A stretch of DNA of 64,000 bases from Chrysomallon squamiferum (GCA_012295275.1 CM022667.1:17112001-17176000); one strand, 5' to 3'. Numbered from the stretch's first letter, positions 27,362 to 41,186 are shown. A program made the numbers and translations. The notes: a model not told the origin generated them from the letters alone.

Positions 27362-28708
27362 TTATATTAACGAGGAAGGCGAACTAGCATTCCATGATAC
27401 ACAATTTGTAAAGTACGGGAACGAAATTTGTGTCGGTTTGGCTCTGTTTGTGTTCAGATTGGGAAAACCATGCATTGCTAAGGACAGAGGAAATGTTGGT
27501 AGCGATCCTACCCTGGGACAAATAGCGTGTCCGTGCGTCTGTCCAGCTGAAGCTCCAGACATCAGAGATCTTGCCAAGTTGACGGAGACGTCGTTGATTT
27601 GCGGAAACAGCGACAACGGCAGTGAGTGCGTTGACGTCGTTTTTAGATCGATCACTTTCGGAGGAGGGCTGGGGATTTTATCGAAAATGTCAAGTTTCTT
27701 GTCGCTGGAAGTGTTATTATGCTCAGTTTTTATTATTTTTAACGGTTCTTTCGATACGACGACATTGATATTGTTATTGTTGTTGTTGTTGTTGTTAGCG
27801 AAACTGACACCTGGAACTGATCTCTCCCTGAAATTGACACATGTGACGGATTTCGTTCCCATTATGCTGTCGATGGTGAAACTCGATCTCTTTCGGTTTC
27901 CGGGGGGAGACGATGATTGCGACGTGGAGATCGTGCCCTGAGGGTGCCCCGCGCCAGGGGTGGGTGGGAAACGTAGCTGGGAATCACGTGCAACGTCAGA
28001 AGATTCATTAAAACCAGACGACTTTTCCTGCGCTGCGGCGAACGAGTCACACCCGTCCCCATTGTGTGAAACATCAGCGACAACGGCCATTTCGTCATCG
28101 CTGTCTTCGCACCCGTCGATGAAAGAAGCGTCGTCGCTTGGATTGCCGTTATTTTCCACGTCGCAGGACACGCCGGATTCGGCACTTTCCGATTTCTCGC
28201 TCGAACAATCTTCGACTTTTCCCGTCACCTTGACACGGCGCTTCCGACGTCGGTAATTTCCGTTTTCGAACATTTCCTCACTATTGGGATCTAGCGTCCA
28301 GTAATTACCTTTTCCGGGTTTCCCCTTCTCCCTCGGAACTTTAATGAAACAGTCATTCAAACTGAGGTTGTGCCTGATCGAATTCTGCCAGCCCTGTTTG
28401 TTGTCATGGTAATACGGAAATCTTTCCATAATAAACTGATAAATTCCATTTAAAGTCACTTTCCTATCCGGAGCACTTTTAATGGCCATCGCAATCAGTG
28501 CTATGTAAGAATAGGGCGGTTTCTGGGGCTGGTCCCGTCGTTGTAGGTCCTCCAGCATTCTCAGGGCGTAGGCGCGGTTCAGATCCAGGGTCGGGTTGTA
28601 ATAGAGGCTGTAAGGGTAAGGGGTGCCGGTCCCGTAAGGTCCGTAAAAACTAGCCATAGCAGAAGTGGGCCCGCCCGTCAGTGAAATTAAGTTATCTCTG
28701 TATTCCAT
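27362..28708 (-). CDS. FoxL1: Forkhead box protein L1-like transcription factor, uninterrupted CDS, 448 aa
   Basis: The ORF encodes [80 protein letters not shown]...[13 protein letters not shown]. The segments [28 protein letters not shown] and [12 protein letters not shown] match the FoxL1 subfamily as I recall it. The track ORF begins at a non-ATG codon (28834). The first ATG is at 28708 (gcaATGG), a second in-frame ATG is at 28657 (gctATGG), and the stop TAA is at 27362-27364. Confidence 0.93.
   Translation of the reverse strand: MEYRDNLISLTGGPTSAMASFYGPYGTGTPYPYSLYYNPTLDLNRAYALRMLEDLQRRDQPQKPPYSYIALIAMAIKSAPDRKVTLNGIYQFIMERFPYYHDNKQGWQNSIRHNLSLNDCFIKVPREKGKPGKGNYWTLDPNSEEMFENGNYRRRKRRVKVTGKVEDCSSEKSESAESGVSCDVENNGNPSDDASFIDGCEDSDDEMAVVADVSHNGDGCDSFAAAQEKSSGFNESSDVARDSQLRFPPTPGAGHPQGTISTSQSSSPPGNRKRSSFTIDSIMGTKSVTCVNFRERSVPGVSFANNNNNNNNNINVVVSKEPLKIIKTEHNNTSSDKKLDIFDKIPSPPPKVIDLKTTSTHSLPLSLFPQINDVSVNLARSLMSGASAGQTHGHAICPRVGSLPTFPLSLAMHGFPNLNTNRAKPTQISFPYFTNCVSWNASSPSSLI
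27860..27880 (-). other. eh1 (Groucho/TLE-binding) motif FTIDSIM
   Basis: Matches the FxIxxIL/M eh1 consensus known from several Fox subfamilies; lies C-terminal to the forkhead domain. Confidence 0.85.
28235..28525 (-). other. Forkhead (winged-helix) DNA-binding domain with basic NLS-like tail
   Basis: Codons from Q-K-P-P-Y-S-Y to N-Y-R-R-R-K-R-R; canonical [12 protein letters not shown] recognition helix. Confidence 0.97.
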
Positions 28709-28829
28709 TGCAATCTGTGTATTCAACAACCGAGTCCAATCAGCGCCAGTGATTGAATGAATGAGAAAGCGAAATGAACACAAGCACTGTCTGAAATGAA
28801 CAACGATTACGTCTGTTGTCACTCCGCGT

Positions 28830-29250
28830 AACAAAATGAAATCGAAAAGTTTCGAAGCTATCTTTAAAACTTTTTTTACTTTTTCTTTTTTCTTTCTTTT
28901 ATTTCTTCTCGTCGCTCCCGAGTTCCCGCCGACTTAAATCAAGTCCCGAGCAGTTGTGTGTTATTGTTTTTGTAAAAGTAGTTGACTTTCCGATAGCCAA
29001 ATAAACGAAAGGAACCAGTGAACAGGCAGGGTACAAGATTCTTTTGTCCCGAAGGTGTTCTTTTCTAAGTCAGTGCAGCTTACGTTTGTAAAGCACTTAC
29101 CGCTGGCCGGCCAATCAAATTCGCCGATTCTTGGCGAATTGTTTATAAAACATTACTAACAATTATTTTGCCCACCCAAGATGCGCGGAGCATATTTATT
29201 TTGAAATTTCTAAAGGAGAAATTGACCACCCAAAACATAAACAATGATTA
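28830..29250 (-). promoter_or_regulatory. Putative FoxL1 proximal promoter
   Basis: Minus-strand TATAAA at 29142-29147 overlapping a Fox-type TGTTTAT; CCAAT at 29111; CACTTA (NK-type) near 29094; Gli sites at 29170-29178 and 29224-29232; ATAAACA at 29238-29244. I found no minus-strand ATG between 28709 and 29150. Alternative core: TTTAAA at 28863-28868 with Inr-like TCATTT at 28834-28839. Confidence 0.6.
29224..29232 (+). promoter_or_regulatory. Gli/Ci consensus binding site GACCACCCA
   Basis: Exact 9/9 match, about 520 bp upstream of the FoxL1 ATG; a 1-mismatch site GCCCACCCA lies 54 bp away (29170-29178). Confidence 0.65.
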
Positions 29251-30110
29251 GGATTTTTTTTATTTCCTTTTTTTCCCCTGAAATTTCCTACGCGTGTCTT
29301 TTATCCAATTAAGTCCAACATTTTGATGATATCGTAGCAAACCTTGAAAAAGATTTCAAGCCACTATTTTGACAGTAATAACTCGTCGAATTGTTGGGGC
29401 GGTATCAGAAAGCTTGTCGATTGCGTACACAAATGATAAAACATCTCTCTGTATTTCGGATGCACATTTAATAAACTCTTGTCTGTTGCGTACACATCTT
29501 GATAAATATTTCCCTCTCTCTTTCGGATGTATATTTCGCTGCGTACACATAAATTATGATAAATCTCTCTCGCTCTGTCTCCGATGTACTTTTCAGTGAA
29601 TCGACATCTTATCATATTTCGTAAAAAATAAAGATGAAAGAAGAACGTTTTTTCTTTAATAGTTATAACTGTTTGCGTTTGTTCACGATAAAAACGAAAT
29701 AATCTTGGATTGCGTATACAGAGGAGAAGAAACCACAGTTCGCGTTTCTTCTGGTCTTCATGGTTATTTACATACAAATTACTTTTATTATTTAAACAAA
29801 ACCTTAAAAGAAAATTAAACATTATCGCCTCTACATGGGGCGTGGGGTTATTACATTCAAATTACGTTATTGCTGAAAGAAAACAAACATTAATAATAAT
29901 ATTAATAGTAATAGTAATAATAATAATAATATTAATAATAATAATAATAATAATAATACAGTTAAAAATTACTTCTGTTTTAAACAAATCTTTATAAAAG
30001 AAAATTAACACTGAAACTAGGTTAGGGATGAAGAAAGTTCCATCATAACTAATTATATTATCATTCGAAAAATAACTAAATAAATACTAAATAAATAATT
30101 AAATAATTAA

Positions 30111-30141
<31 letters not shown>

Positions 30142-31953
30142 GTAAAAAGACAGGTAAGAATTCCTTTTCTATTTATATACAAATTATGTGTATAATTTTG
30201 ACAATAAATAATAACCTAGTCTAAACGTGACTGGGTCATTAATTAAGTTATTAAGTAAATAAGAAATCACTGAAAGAAATTACTGCCAGGGTTCATGCTA
30301 GGTCGGAAAGGGCTACAGTTTTTATTTAAATACGAATTATTTTATTATGATTAATTTTTTAAAACAAAAAGTAAAAGTAAAAATAAAAATAATGCTAAGT
30401 TGATAATAAATATCAATTTGTCGCTTTGAAAAAAAAGAAAAAGAAAAAAAGTAGACTATATTATATTTATTATACTGATTTCATTAATTTTCTTATTACT
30501 TTTCTGTTTCATTCTGCCTCTATAAAATTACCTTAAACCAATCTCTTTGAATATAATTTTTTATATTTTAAAAAAGCTGTTATTTTATTCCATAAACTAT
30601 AAATGAAAACGTTTATTTAATGAAATTATTTTCTTTTTCCATAAATTACAAATAAAAACGTTTATTTAATGAAAATATATTTTTGATCTGAATATTAATT
30701 TATATTCAGTTAGTTTGCATGTTTTCATGATAGTTTGCATGTTAATTATTTGCTTTGTTGTTGTAAATTAAATATTCATGTTTTGTAATTATTCTAGAAA
30801 ATATATCTTGTAATGCAAACATCTGATTAATAAACATCTTACTGGTACTAATAATTTGAGAAAAGTATTTTTTTATTTATTATACAAACCTTCTGAATCA
30901 ATAACAATGACATGCATAGTACGTGGATTGATATTAATAACATGTATTTTCAAAATTACAGAAATCAAAAAAAACAAAATAACATTTATTATCAAGTGAT
31001 TTATTTATTCGTTTATTATGTAAGTTAATTTATATTTCAGTCATTTATTACTGAATTTAAACAGTTTCAGAATGTTGTATGTAATATATTCGATATTTAT
31101 AATCTTAATTGATAAATCTCTTCATGAATAATTTATTTGAAAACTGTTTAAATTAATTTTCCTTGATGTTTGTATATTTATTTCTCTTAATACTGTTAAA
31201 TTTATTTTATTATTAATTTATTCAGTTTTATTAATTTATTTGTTTGTTTGTTTATTTGTTTGTTTGTTTGTTTATTTATTTAAAATATTATTTTCGCTGA
31301 CTTGATTTCATTCTATCGATTTGTTTCATTACATATATTATTTATTTTCTTATTTAATTATTTATTAAGTTAATTAGTTTGTGCTAACTCTTATCATCCA
31401 CTGCTATTTTACTGCGTCACTCGTCAACGTTCGTGTTTTCTGTCTTATGACCTTTCATTAGTAAGAAATCAGTTTCACGTGTAATATATTTCAGTTTTAT
31501 TTCAGTTACGTGACCATTCACAGTACACACACTGGGCGTACACTTGGAAGTATGTAAATTTCTTAATCATAGGTGATTTCCTTTTGATTTTATCTACAAA
31601 GGAAAATAACCATCCCTTTTTTCGTGTGATTGAAACAAAGATTAATCAAAGGAAAAAGATTGTTAAATTTAATTACAAACGTAAAGTGGTTTGAAGAGAG
31701 ATAGAGAGAGAAGGACCGAGAGACTGAAAGCGAATAATATTATATACGTAACAGTATAATGCAAGCTTTCTAGTGTTTTCTCCTAAATAAGTAAATAAAT
31801 AAATAAGTAAATAAATAAATAAATAAATAAATAGGTAATATAAATTTTTGCCAGTTACCGTTCGGAATGCCTGACAATAACAAAATAAATAATTACAAAT
31901 GCCTTGTATATTATACATTTATCTATAACCGTATCTCTATCTATCTATCTATC

Positions 31954-32002
<49 letters not shown>

Positions 32003-35000
32003 TTAATTATTTAATTTATATATATAAATATGTTATGCTCTCTGTTTCTCACTCAGTTACTCACTCACTCACACGCACGCTTGTGCTCTTGATTCACCCC
32101 GGAGGCCACAGTAAACGTATAATCTGTGTGGTCTGGCAAATTTGTGTATTTATTTCTCTGAATGGGGCAGGAGAATGAACGAAACGGCAGCAACTCTACC
32201 CCGCTAAGTTCTTTTTTACCTAAACATTCACCAGACCTAGCCTGACCATTCCCGTTCCACTTAACCTCCACACCGCTCTCAACATCTCATCAATTTATGA
32301 TTTATGTATTATACGCACATTTAAATATGATTGGTATTAATTCGAGCTATCTCAGGCTATGCTGAAGAACTTTACGAAGCGCTGTTTGCAACGGAGCCAA
32401 GTCCATAATAACAAAATGGCAGGCGAAAAGAAAATGTTGAAAGGTGGGAGACAGTGTGTGTTTATTTGTTGTATTGTGTAGTATCTGAACATGTTTATAT
32501 TACCCGCGACTTGATGACGAAGAAACGGTTATTCTGCGATAAGCAACTGTTAGAGAAGTAACTGAGACTGGGAAAAGCTGAAGGGTGGTTTCATATGTAG
32601 TTTTTTTTAATGATGAACGGGATATCTGGTGGGCAGGGCTAATAAAAAAATCTCTTGTATTTGTTTTTCGGGTTCAAGTGCGTTTTGAAATGAACAGTGC
32701 AAAGTGCTATTAAATGTCAGTTACTTACGTTAATCAGCAACAAGTCAAAGTAACAGAAGAAAAAGTAATATTTTATTTGATGAATACAAAATACTGTAAA
32801 ATATGAACTGAAATAAAAAGGAATAATAGTAATAAATTTGACAAACACATAAATAAATAAATAAATAAATAAATAAATGTAAAATTTACGTAAGTTTCTT
32901 AACAAAATACACCATTTATTTTACGTCTTTTGTGTATGTGTGTGTGTGTGTGTGTTGTGTGTTTTTTGTGTGTGTACTAAGGTAAATTAACGTGTGAATT
33001 CTGTATGACACGACTAAAATGAAACAAAAAACATTTTGAAATGCGCTCTGTTATATAATTTATAAAAATAAAAAATAAAAAATCACATGGATTTTTTACT
33101 TTAACATGGTGGTGTCAAAAGCAAATTGACCCTGGAGACTTTTCAACTGTGATTTCTATTAATACTTTAATGGGTCGAGTTGTCATTTTCTGTTTTGTGA
33201 AAACAACAACGTAACAGTTCAAAGCAGTAATTGCAACAGTTAATCACTTGGACTGGGAGCAATGCGTCTTGCAAAACCGATCATCATGTAACTGAAAATA
33301 AGAACTGAATGAAATAGAAATAAAAAGAACAACAATGAAAAACTCTTTATGTCATGGCCTATTTTGGTGGCCTTTTATTTTTCTATGCTTTCTCATAAGT
33401 CGCCAGTGCGGCAATGTACAACAACGAAACAATGGCAAAGAAAGGAAAAATATATATAAATATATCATTGCCAAAGTAGTCTTAAAGCTCTTACAATTTG
33501 ATGGCGTTTAAAAAGAATAGGCAGGAAAAACAACAGGTGCAGATTCCGTCAATAGAAAATGAGAGAAAGAGAGGAGGAAAAGAAAAAAAAAATAATAATA
33601 ACGGCAAAAGAAATGTACATATTTAATCGTTTTCCTTAGCGCTTTTCAAAATCTCAGAGTTCGACAGAAAACGAATCAATTTCCCTTGGTGAAAAAAGAC
33701 TTCAGTGGCGAGTGGCACGTGAAGTCATATTTTATTTATACGAGTCGTAATACATTCGTCCATGTGTAATTCATTTCATTGTTTTCTCTCTGGTAACCTG
33801 ACACCAATTGAAGTCACGTGTGAACGAGGTGTATATTTCAGTAGTGAATCTGAGAACGAAAGAATCTAACACAGAGAATAATAATAACAATAACAACAAC
33901 AACAACAACAATAATAATAGCAACAACAACAATAATAATAACAACAACAACAACAACAACAATAATAATAACAACAGTAATAATAAATGATAATAATAAC
34001 AACAACAATAATAATAACAACAGTAATAATAAATGATCATAATAACAACAACAACAATAGTAATAATAACAATAACAACAACAACAGTAATAATAATAAT
34101 ATAATGATAACGATGGCGACAGTAATTAATAAATAAATGAAATGAACAAAACAGTTAAAATGAATGGAAAATAATACGTACTACGTATCTGTTATTATTA
34201 TTGTTGATGTTGTGTTTATTATATTTATTCCTGTTATTGTTGCTGTTGTTTTTATTATAATTATTATTGTTACTGTTGTTTGCTATTGTTGTTGTTTTAA
34301 ATTATTATTGCTAATATTACTATTGCTAGTATTATTTTTATAATTTTTGCTATTACTACTGTTGTTACTACTATTACTACCATTACTGATGTGACAACAA
34401 CAATAACAACAGCTACCACTACTATTACTATTATTTCTTGTACTATTGCTATTACTACAACTACTGTTGTCACTAATACTAATGCAACTACCACTACCAC
34501 TACTACTACTACTAAGTCTATAAGTAAATACAAATCCACAAATATTTTAAAATACAAATCTGAATATTTATTTAGCTTTCAGAAATTCTTATTTCAATGT
34601 TCCTTTTAATTAATTACCTACGATGGGGTTAATTTCAGCAAGTGTCGGCCGATTTTTCTTTTGATCTTAAATGTCTATTTCAAAAGAAGAACGAACCATT
34701 TGAGTTGAACGTTACAACAAGGCGTTAAAAGAGAAACTGACAACGAAAACAAATGTGGGATTTAATTTCTCCTCTCCTTAAAGAACTGTGGTCACGTGAT
34801 GAGACATCCACATGCAGAACACAATAGGACAAGACCAGTAAATTAGTTTTTACTGGTCACGTGATGAATTAAACGAGCAACAGGAGCCAACAGAAAGAGG
34901 TAGAGGAAGAAGAAGAAAAGAAGATTCAAGTAGAATTCACAGGTAATGTTCACACCTGATCAAAGAGAAGGCAAAAGAGTGAATTAATTTTCTCACCTGT

Positions 35001-37164
35001 GATACGAGGACGGGAGTTTTGTCTCATTCAATCTAATTTCCACTTGTATCTTTTCTAATAACAGTAGGCTGGACATCCTGTTTGTTTGACCATTTGGACA
35101 GTGTCCACAAATGTATCGCGGTCCCGACTATCTATCATAGGTGTGTCTATGTGAGGATGAAGGTGTGGGGGGTGTTGGTTTTAATCGTTCAAAAGGTTAA
35201 ATCGATTCTTCTACGTTTGTGTTAATTTCTATTTAGTTAACGCTGAATCTTGCTTGCTAAGTAAAATTTGTGCTGTTAAGATTTTTAACTTTGATCCTCC
35301 GACATTGTTTGCTTTGTAAATTTGAAAGCGGAACTTTTTCACAGACATTATTTAGTTAAAATAAAATTATGAATGATAACTGTTTGAGCCATTGTCAGAC
35401 AGGTAATTTCGTAAATGTTTATTCTATACGCCATGAGTGCTATATTTTCACTTGGCCATATTTACTTAAAATAAAATTGTGATAGGCAAAAGCATGGATC
35501 TTTGTGAATCCGTTAATTTCGCAAATATTTATTTTAAATAGTTATTCTTTCTTTCTTTTTTTTTTTAGACACCCTAAATAAATGTTATCAGAACTATATT
35601 TTTATTTAGTATGATAATGAATTGAAAATCGTTAATTTAGTAAATATATATATCTTCTTTATCTTTTTTATCCTTTATTGTTTATATATATAATTATTAT
35701 TTTCGATAGCCTTTGTTGCTTAAATTAAAATTAATTATGAATAACAAAATAAAATTTAAGTAGTTATTTGATTCTTTAAATCGTTATGATGCATATTAGT
35801 ATCTCGATGGTTAGGTAATTTTATATTTTGAGTAAATAAATACGTGTTTAGACAGGAATGTATCTTGTAAAAATTAAATATCTAAAATAAAGGATAAACG
35901 TAGCGTATTTGTCAAATTTTCTTTTTCTTGTACTTGCTAAATTAAAATCGAAGTATAAATCAAAACAGTTTATGAGTATGTACGTGTGTGGGAGAGGTAA
36001 ATTTTTGACTTAAGGAATAATCATGGAATTGTTGATATAAAACGTTTTTACACTTTTAAATTTTTATTTATTACATTTGGTTTAAAATAACAAATCACAA
36101 TAATTGCTTACAAACTCACAATTATTTCTGTTAAAAATTAAGAATGAGCGAAATATGCTTCATAATAATAATAATAATAATAAAATGAAGAAGAAGAAGA
36201 TATAGAACAAGAAAAGGGAGCAGAAGAAGTTGATGATAATGATAAAGAAAAAGATGTGTAATTGTTACATTCTGTTTGAATGATTTTCAGCCTGCTATTT
36301 CAGTTCTCAATTTATATAAGATAAACTTCCCTATTTCTTATTTATTTATTTATTTATTTATTCCTTGTTCCATTTGAATTTTACTTAAATTGATAAAACA
36401 AAACAACAAATAACAACAAATAATTATTTTGTATTATTTTAATACTGAAAATTGTATAAAAAATTATTTAACTTTCTGCATTTCTCTTTTCAGAGTTCTT
36501 CGACCAAAATATTTTAAAACCTATTTAAAAAGAGACTTGATTAATTCAATATTATTTTAATTAATTTATGATCAAACAATATCTTTAACCCAGTGTTGTT
36601 ACTTCTTCTCTTTTCCAAGTAATTAAAACTCAGAATACAGCTGAACGTTTACTGATTTGTTTACAAAAGATCCATAATGTTAAAACAAACTGATTACTGA
36701 CGATAATCCGGATTAACGGTAAGAGTAATAATCCGAAACATGCACAACGTCTAGACTTCGACGTTGTTGTTGTCTTTGGTGTGTTTTTTTTTGTTGTTGT
36801 TTTCTCTCCTAGTATTCCCACACCAGTCCCAACGTGGTTTACTGTAATTAAAATTTAAGTAATATTATTTTTTATGTTAAAAAATATATATATATATTTT
36901 TCGAGTATGTTCATATTAGTCTGTTTATGTAAAATAAATCTGAAGTAATTAAGAAATTAATTTGAAGAATGTGAACTAAATAATAATAATATTTTGTTTA
37001 TTATGTTGATTTTGTTTGTTACTAATAAAAATTATGGCAGTAACAAAAGGAGTGTTAAAGCAGTAGTAGCAGCAACAGTAGTAGAGTAGTAGTAGTATTC
37101 ATATTAGTATTACTATAGTACTAGTTGTTGTAGATGTAGTGGTTATAGTAGCACGGTAATAAAG

Positions 37165-37198
<34 letters not shown>

Positions 37199-38152
37199 CA
37201 GCAGCAGTAGTAGTAGTAAAAGTAGTAGTAGAATCAACATTAATATTAATATTAGTATTAACACTAATATTACTAGAAGTAATAGTTGTAGTTATAGTAA
37301 AAGCATTGGTAGAGGTAGTAGTAGGGGTAGTAGTGGTAGTAGTGGTGGTAGTATTAGAAGTAATATAAATAAAAACAGCAGAAGTAGCAATAATAAATAC
37401 AAAAAATCTGAATATAAATTTAAAAAGTGTTGAGAAATTATTTAAAATATTTAAATATTCGTGAATTTTTCAGATAATTTAAAAAGTAATAATTATAAAA
37501 TAAATAATAGTAAATCAATAAGTAAGTAAAGATAAATAAAATAATAAAATAATAAACAAGTAAGTAAGTAAATATATGAATGAATGAATGTATAAATAAA
37601 AAATAAAAGTTAAAGTAAAACAAAACAAAACAAAATAAAATAAAATAAAATAAAATAAAATAAAATAAAAATAAATTAAATTAAAACAATAAGATAAAAT
37701 AAGAAAAAAATGAAATAATAAAACAAAAGAAGAAGAAGAGTTTACATTAAGATGTGCAAGTCAGCAAGCATCAAAGAGAACAGAAAAGAGTTTCACTTTT
37801 GATCATGAAATGTACAACCGCGGGGCAAAATCAGAAAACTCAATGTAACTGGAAATTAAACAATGCTTGACTTACTTAACTACTTAACCGCTTGTTTTCT
37901 AAAATGTTCCTAATTAATCAGTTCTGTAATTAACTAGTAATTAGCATTGTCTAATTTTTAAATTGCTAAAGCAACACTGGAGACGAGACATAAATATCAT
38001 CTGTTTTTTTTTTTCATGTGTTAAAATCTCTCTAACTGAAAATAAAATCAAGAGAAAAAAAAAAAATAAAAAACTGGTTTAAAAATTCATATAAGAATAA
38101 ATAGCTTAAATATATCAAGCATACTTCCAACTTATATTTATTCAATTAATTG

Positions 38153-38200
<48 letters not shown>

Positions 38201-38703
38201 TTATTATTAATAATAAAATAATAAAACAGTAAATATTGTCTGTAGTCATGAAATCACAGTGTACAGGATCGACTTAGTTATAAAATGCTGTGTTAAAATG
38301 TTTTGTACATTAGTAATTATTTTGTTTTAGACTTTGTTATGAGCGATGGTAGGCGAAATAAAACAAGAACATAACAACGTGGAAAATATTTTACTGGACT
38401 ATTCATTCTATTACCCGTACACTAAATGCAAATGGATTTAATTTTTCTTTTCTACTTCTTCTTAGTTTGTTTTGGGGTTTCGTTTTCTTTTCCTTTCCTT
38501 TATTTATTTATTTAGTGGGTTTTTTTTTTTTTTTTTTTTTTTTTTCTCGATAGTCCTGTAATGAATGAACAAAACACAAAACAACAACAACAACAAACAA
38601 AAAAAGAAATACAAATTACACACATACAATTCCATACACATCTGTTTGTCGTTTTCATATTGCATTTTAATTTTTTGTAAGGAAAGTAACTTTAATTTTT
38701 AAA

Positions 38704-38738
<35 letters not shown>

Positions 38739-38794
38739 TAGCAAATTAAAATAAATTAAGCAGATATACTAACAACAGAGAAATAGTGATGATA

Positions 38795-39015
38795 ACACAT
38801 ATACACACACGCAAGAACTCACATACACTAATACATACAAACATACACACACATACATACCATACACATACATACCATACACTCACATAACACATACATA
38901 CACACACGCAATCACTCACATACATTAATACATACATACACACACATACATACCATACACATACATACCATACACTCATATAACACATACACACATAATA
39001 CATACACATACACAT
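38795..39015. repeat. Compound (CA/CATA/CATAC)n low-complexity repeat with an internal ~90-bp duplication
   Basis: ACACACATACATACCATACACATACATACCATACACTCA occurs twice. Confidence 0.85.
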
Positions 39016-39583
39016 ATACTCACAGTAATAATACATAGTATAGTATAACATAGCATAGTATAACAATATAGTATAATATAAAACAAATAACACAATACAT
39101 AAATAAGAAAGTAACTAAGTAATTAATTAAGTAAGTAATTAAGTAAATATATATAAATGTATTCAGTTTCTAAGAATTCAACATTTATTTGCAGAACAAT
39201 CTTCACGTATGGAAAGTGTTGATATACTTTTTTTTTTTCATTTTTATTTCTTTGCCGTCAACGTGTTTATTACAAACAGCCTTCATTTGACAAGCATTTG
39301 AAATTAACAACACTCCAACAAGCTTTCGTGTCATTTTCTGGTAGCGATTTCATCTCGAGTAGCGGATTGTACATTTCACACCACCTACTTCGCTAGTCCT
39401 AATATTAATTTCCGATTGCCATCCACGTGGCCTGGTCTTTAGGACCACCATTACGACGTCACGCAATTACAACTAGACTTGAATAATGTCAGTTTTGTTA
39501 AACAGCAACATTATTTCTGAATAAATAAATAAATAAGTAAAAAATAAAAAACAAATATTGGGAAAAAAACACCAATACAACAA

Positions 39584-39619
<36 letters not shown>

Positions 39620-39841
39620 GAAGAAGAAGAAAAAGAAGAAGAAAGAACCAACATAAAACAAGAAAACAAGAAAAAAAAACCCAACAAAACAACAACAAAC
39701 ATACATTCATAATCATGTTTTTTTATCTCTTGTTTGACTCTCTGTATGTCTGTATATAAATATGTTTAAATTATATATAATGATATATATGTTTATATGT
39801 ATGTACGCAAGTGTATGTATGTATGTATGTATCTGTGTGTA

Positions 39842-39882
<41 letters not shown>

Positions 39883-41100
39883 ACATATATCTATTTGTGT
39901 GTATATGTGCGTGTGTGCGTATGTGCGTGTTTGCCAACGTATTATGTATGAACATTGTATATATTTCTGCATACACGAGTCTTCGTGTTTTGAGTTGTGT
40001 ACCTGCGAACAGAGAGATGATTTAACACGTCTTGGGTTCTGTCTGTGTAACACGTCTGTCATTTGTTACCTCTTATCTCGCAGATTTACGACATGTAGAA
40101 AACGTATATTTCAAACAAAACGTTCCTGGCAGCTATAATTAGCGATGACAAGATCACGAGGTTACCCGAAGTGAGTTTATCCTAACAACAGTTGTTACGT
40201 TTTAAAATGATGGACGCGAAGTCTAGATTTTTACAAATGTCGAATGTCAACCAATCAGATAGCTTGTTACAAAGTTGTTTATGATAGATCGATAAAGCGT
40301 GTTTTAAATAAATAGTACAGATAAAGAAATAGATTAAATAAGGTATTGTAGAAAGAAGAACTAGCAGGAGATAGGCAGAAGTATAAAGGAGGGAAAGAAA
40401 ATAAAGTCGAATAAAACAGACTCGAGAAAGAAAATATCCCTCATTCGGAAAATAGAGTGGGAAAGTTGCTAGAAACCAACAATAAGAAAGACAACAACAA
40501 ATAAATAAATAAATAAAAGTAGAAATAATAAAATAATAAAAGTAAACAGGTAAATATATAAAATAAATAAATAAATAAATATAATAACAAAAACCAAAAC
40601 CAAAACAATGAGTAACAGACTACATCCACCAAAACCTCCAACAACACCAGACCACCAGCACCACCAACAACAACAACAACATCAACAACAGAACAACAAC
40701 CCTATCACCACTACCAGTGAAATATTTCACACAGAACGTGGCACGTGATCTGGTATTCCTCCGCCACGAGTGTGTGGCAACAGCACCTGTTTTCGAGCTG
40801 CTCCTGAAATCAACATTTCTATTAGCTAATCACAACTGAGTTGTAAAACGTAATTATTCTGCACCTGAAAAACACGACAGATGTCGCTGCTGGCGATTAG
40901 CAGTCATCAGTTTATTTGTAAAACCATTTCACTTGGCAATTCCGAGCTAAGTGAAGCTGTTTGTACAAAGTACCCTGTTCTGTATCACAGAGTTGTAAGG
41001 GGGAAAGCAAAGTTGATGGATAAAAAAATAAAATAATGAAAGAACAGTCTATTTACCGCTGTGATTACGTTCAGCCATTGTATTATAATGATATACGATC

Positions 41101-41102
<2 letters not shown>

Positions 41103-41184
<82 letters not shown>
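41103..41184. repeat. (CT)n microsatellite
   Basis: Pure CT run. Confidence 0.98.

Positions 41185-41186
<2 letters not shown>

Noticed and set aside
27438-28256. ORFs 27438-27941(+), 27960-28256(+) and 27862-28185(-)
   Set aside because: Shadow or alternative-frame ORFs of the GC-richer FoxL1 CDS, with no recognisable domain.
28709-28834. 42-aa N-terminal extension of the 490-aa track ORF
   Set aside because: It starts at TTG, not ATG; the first ATG in good context is at 28708.
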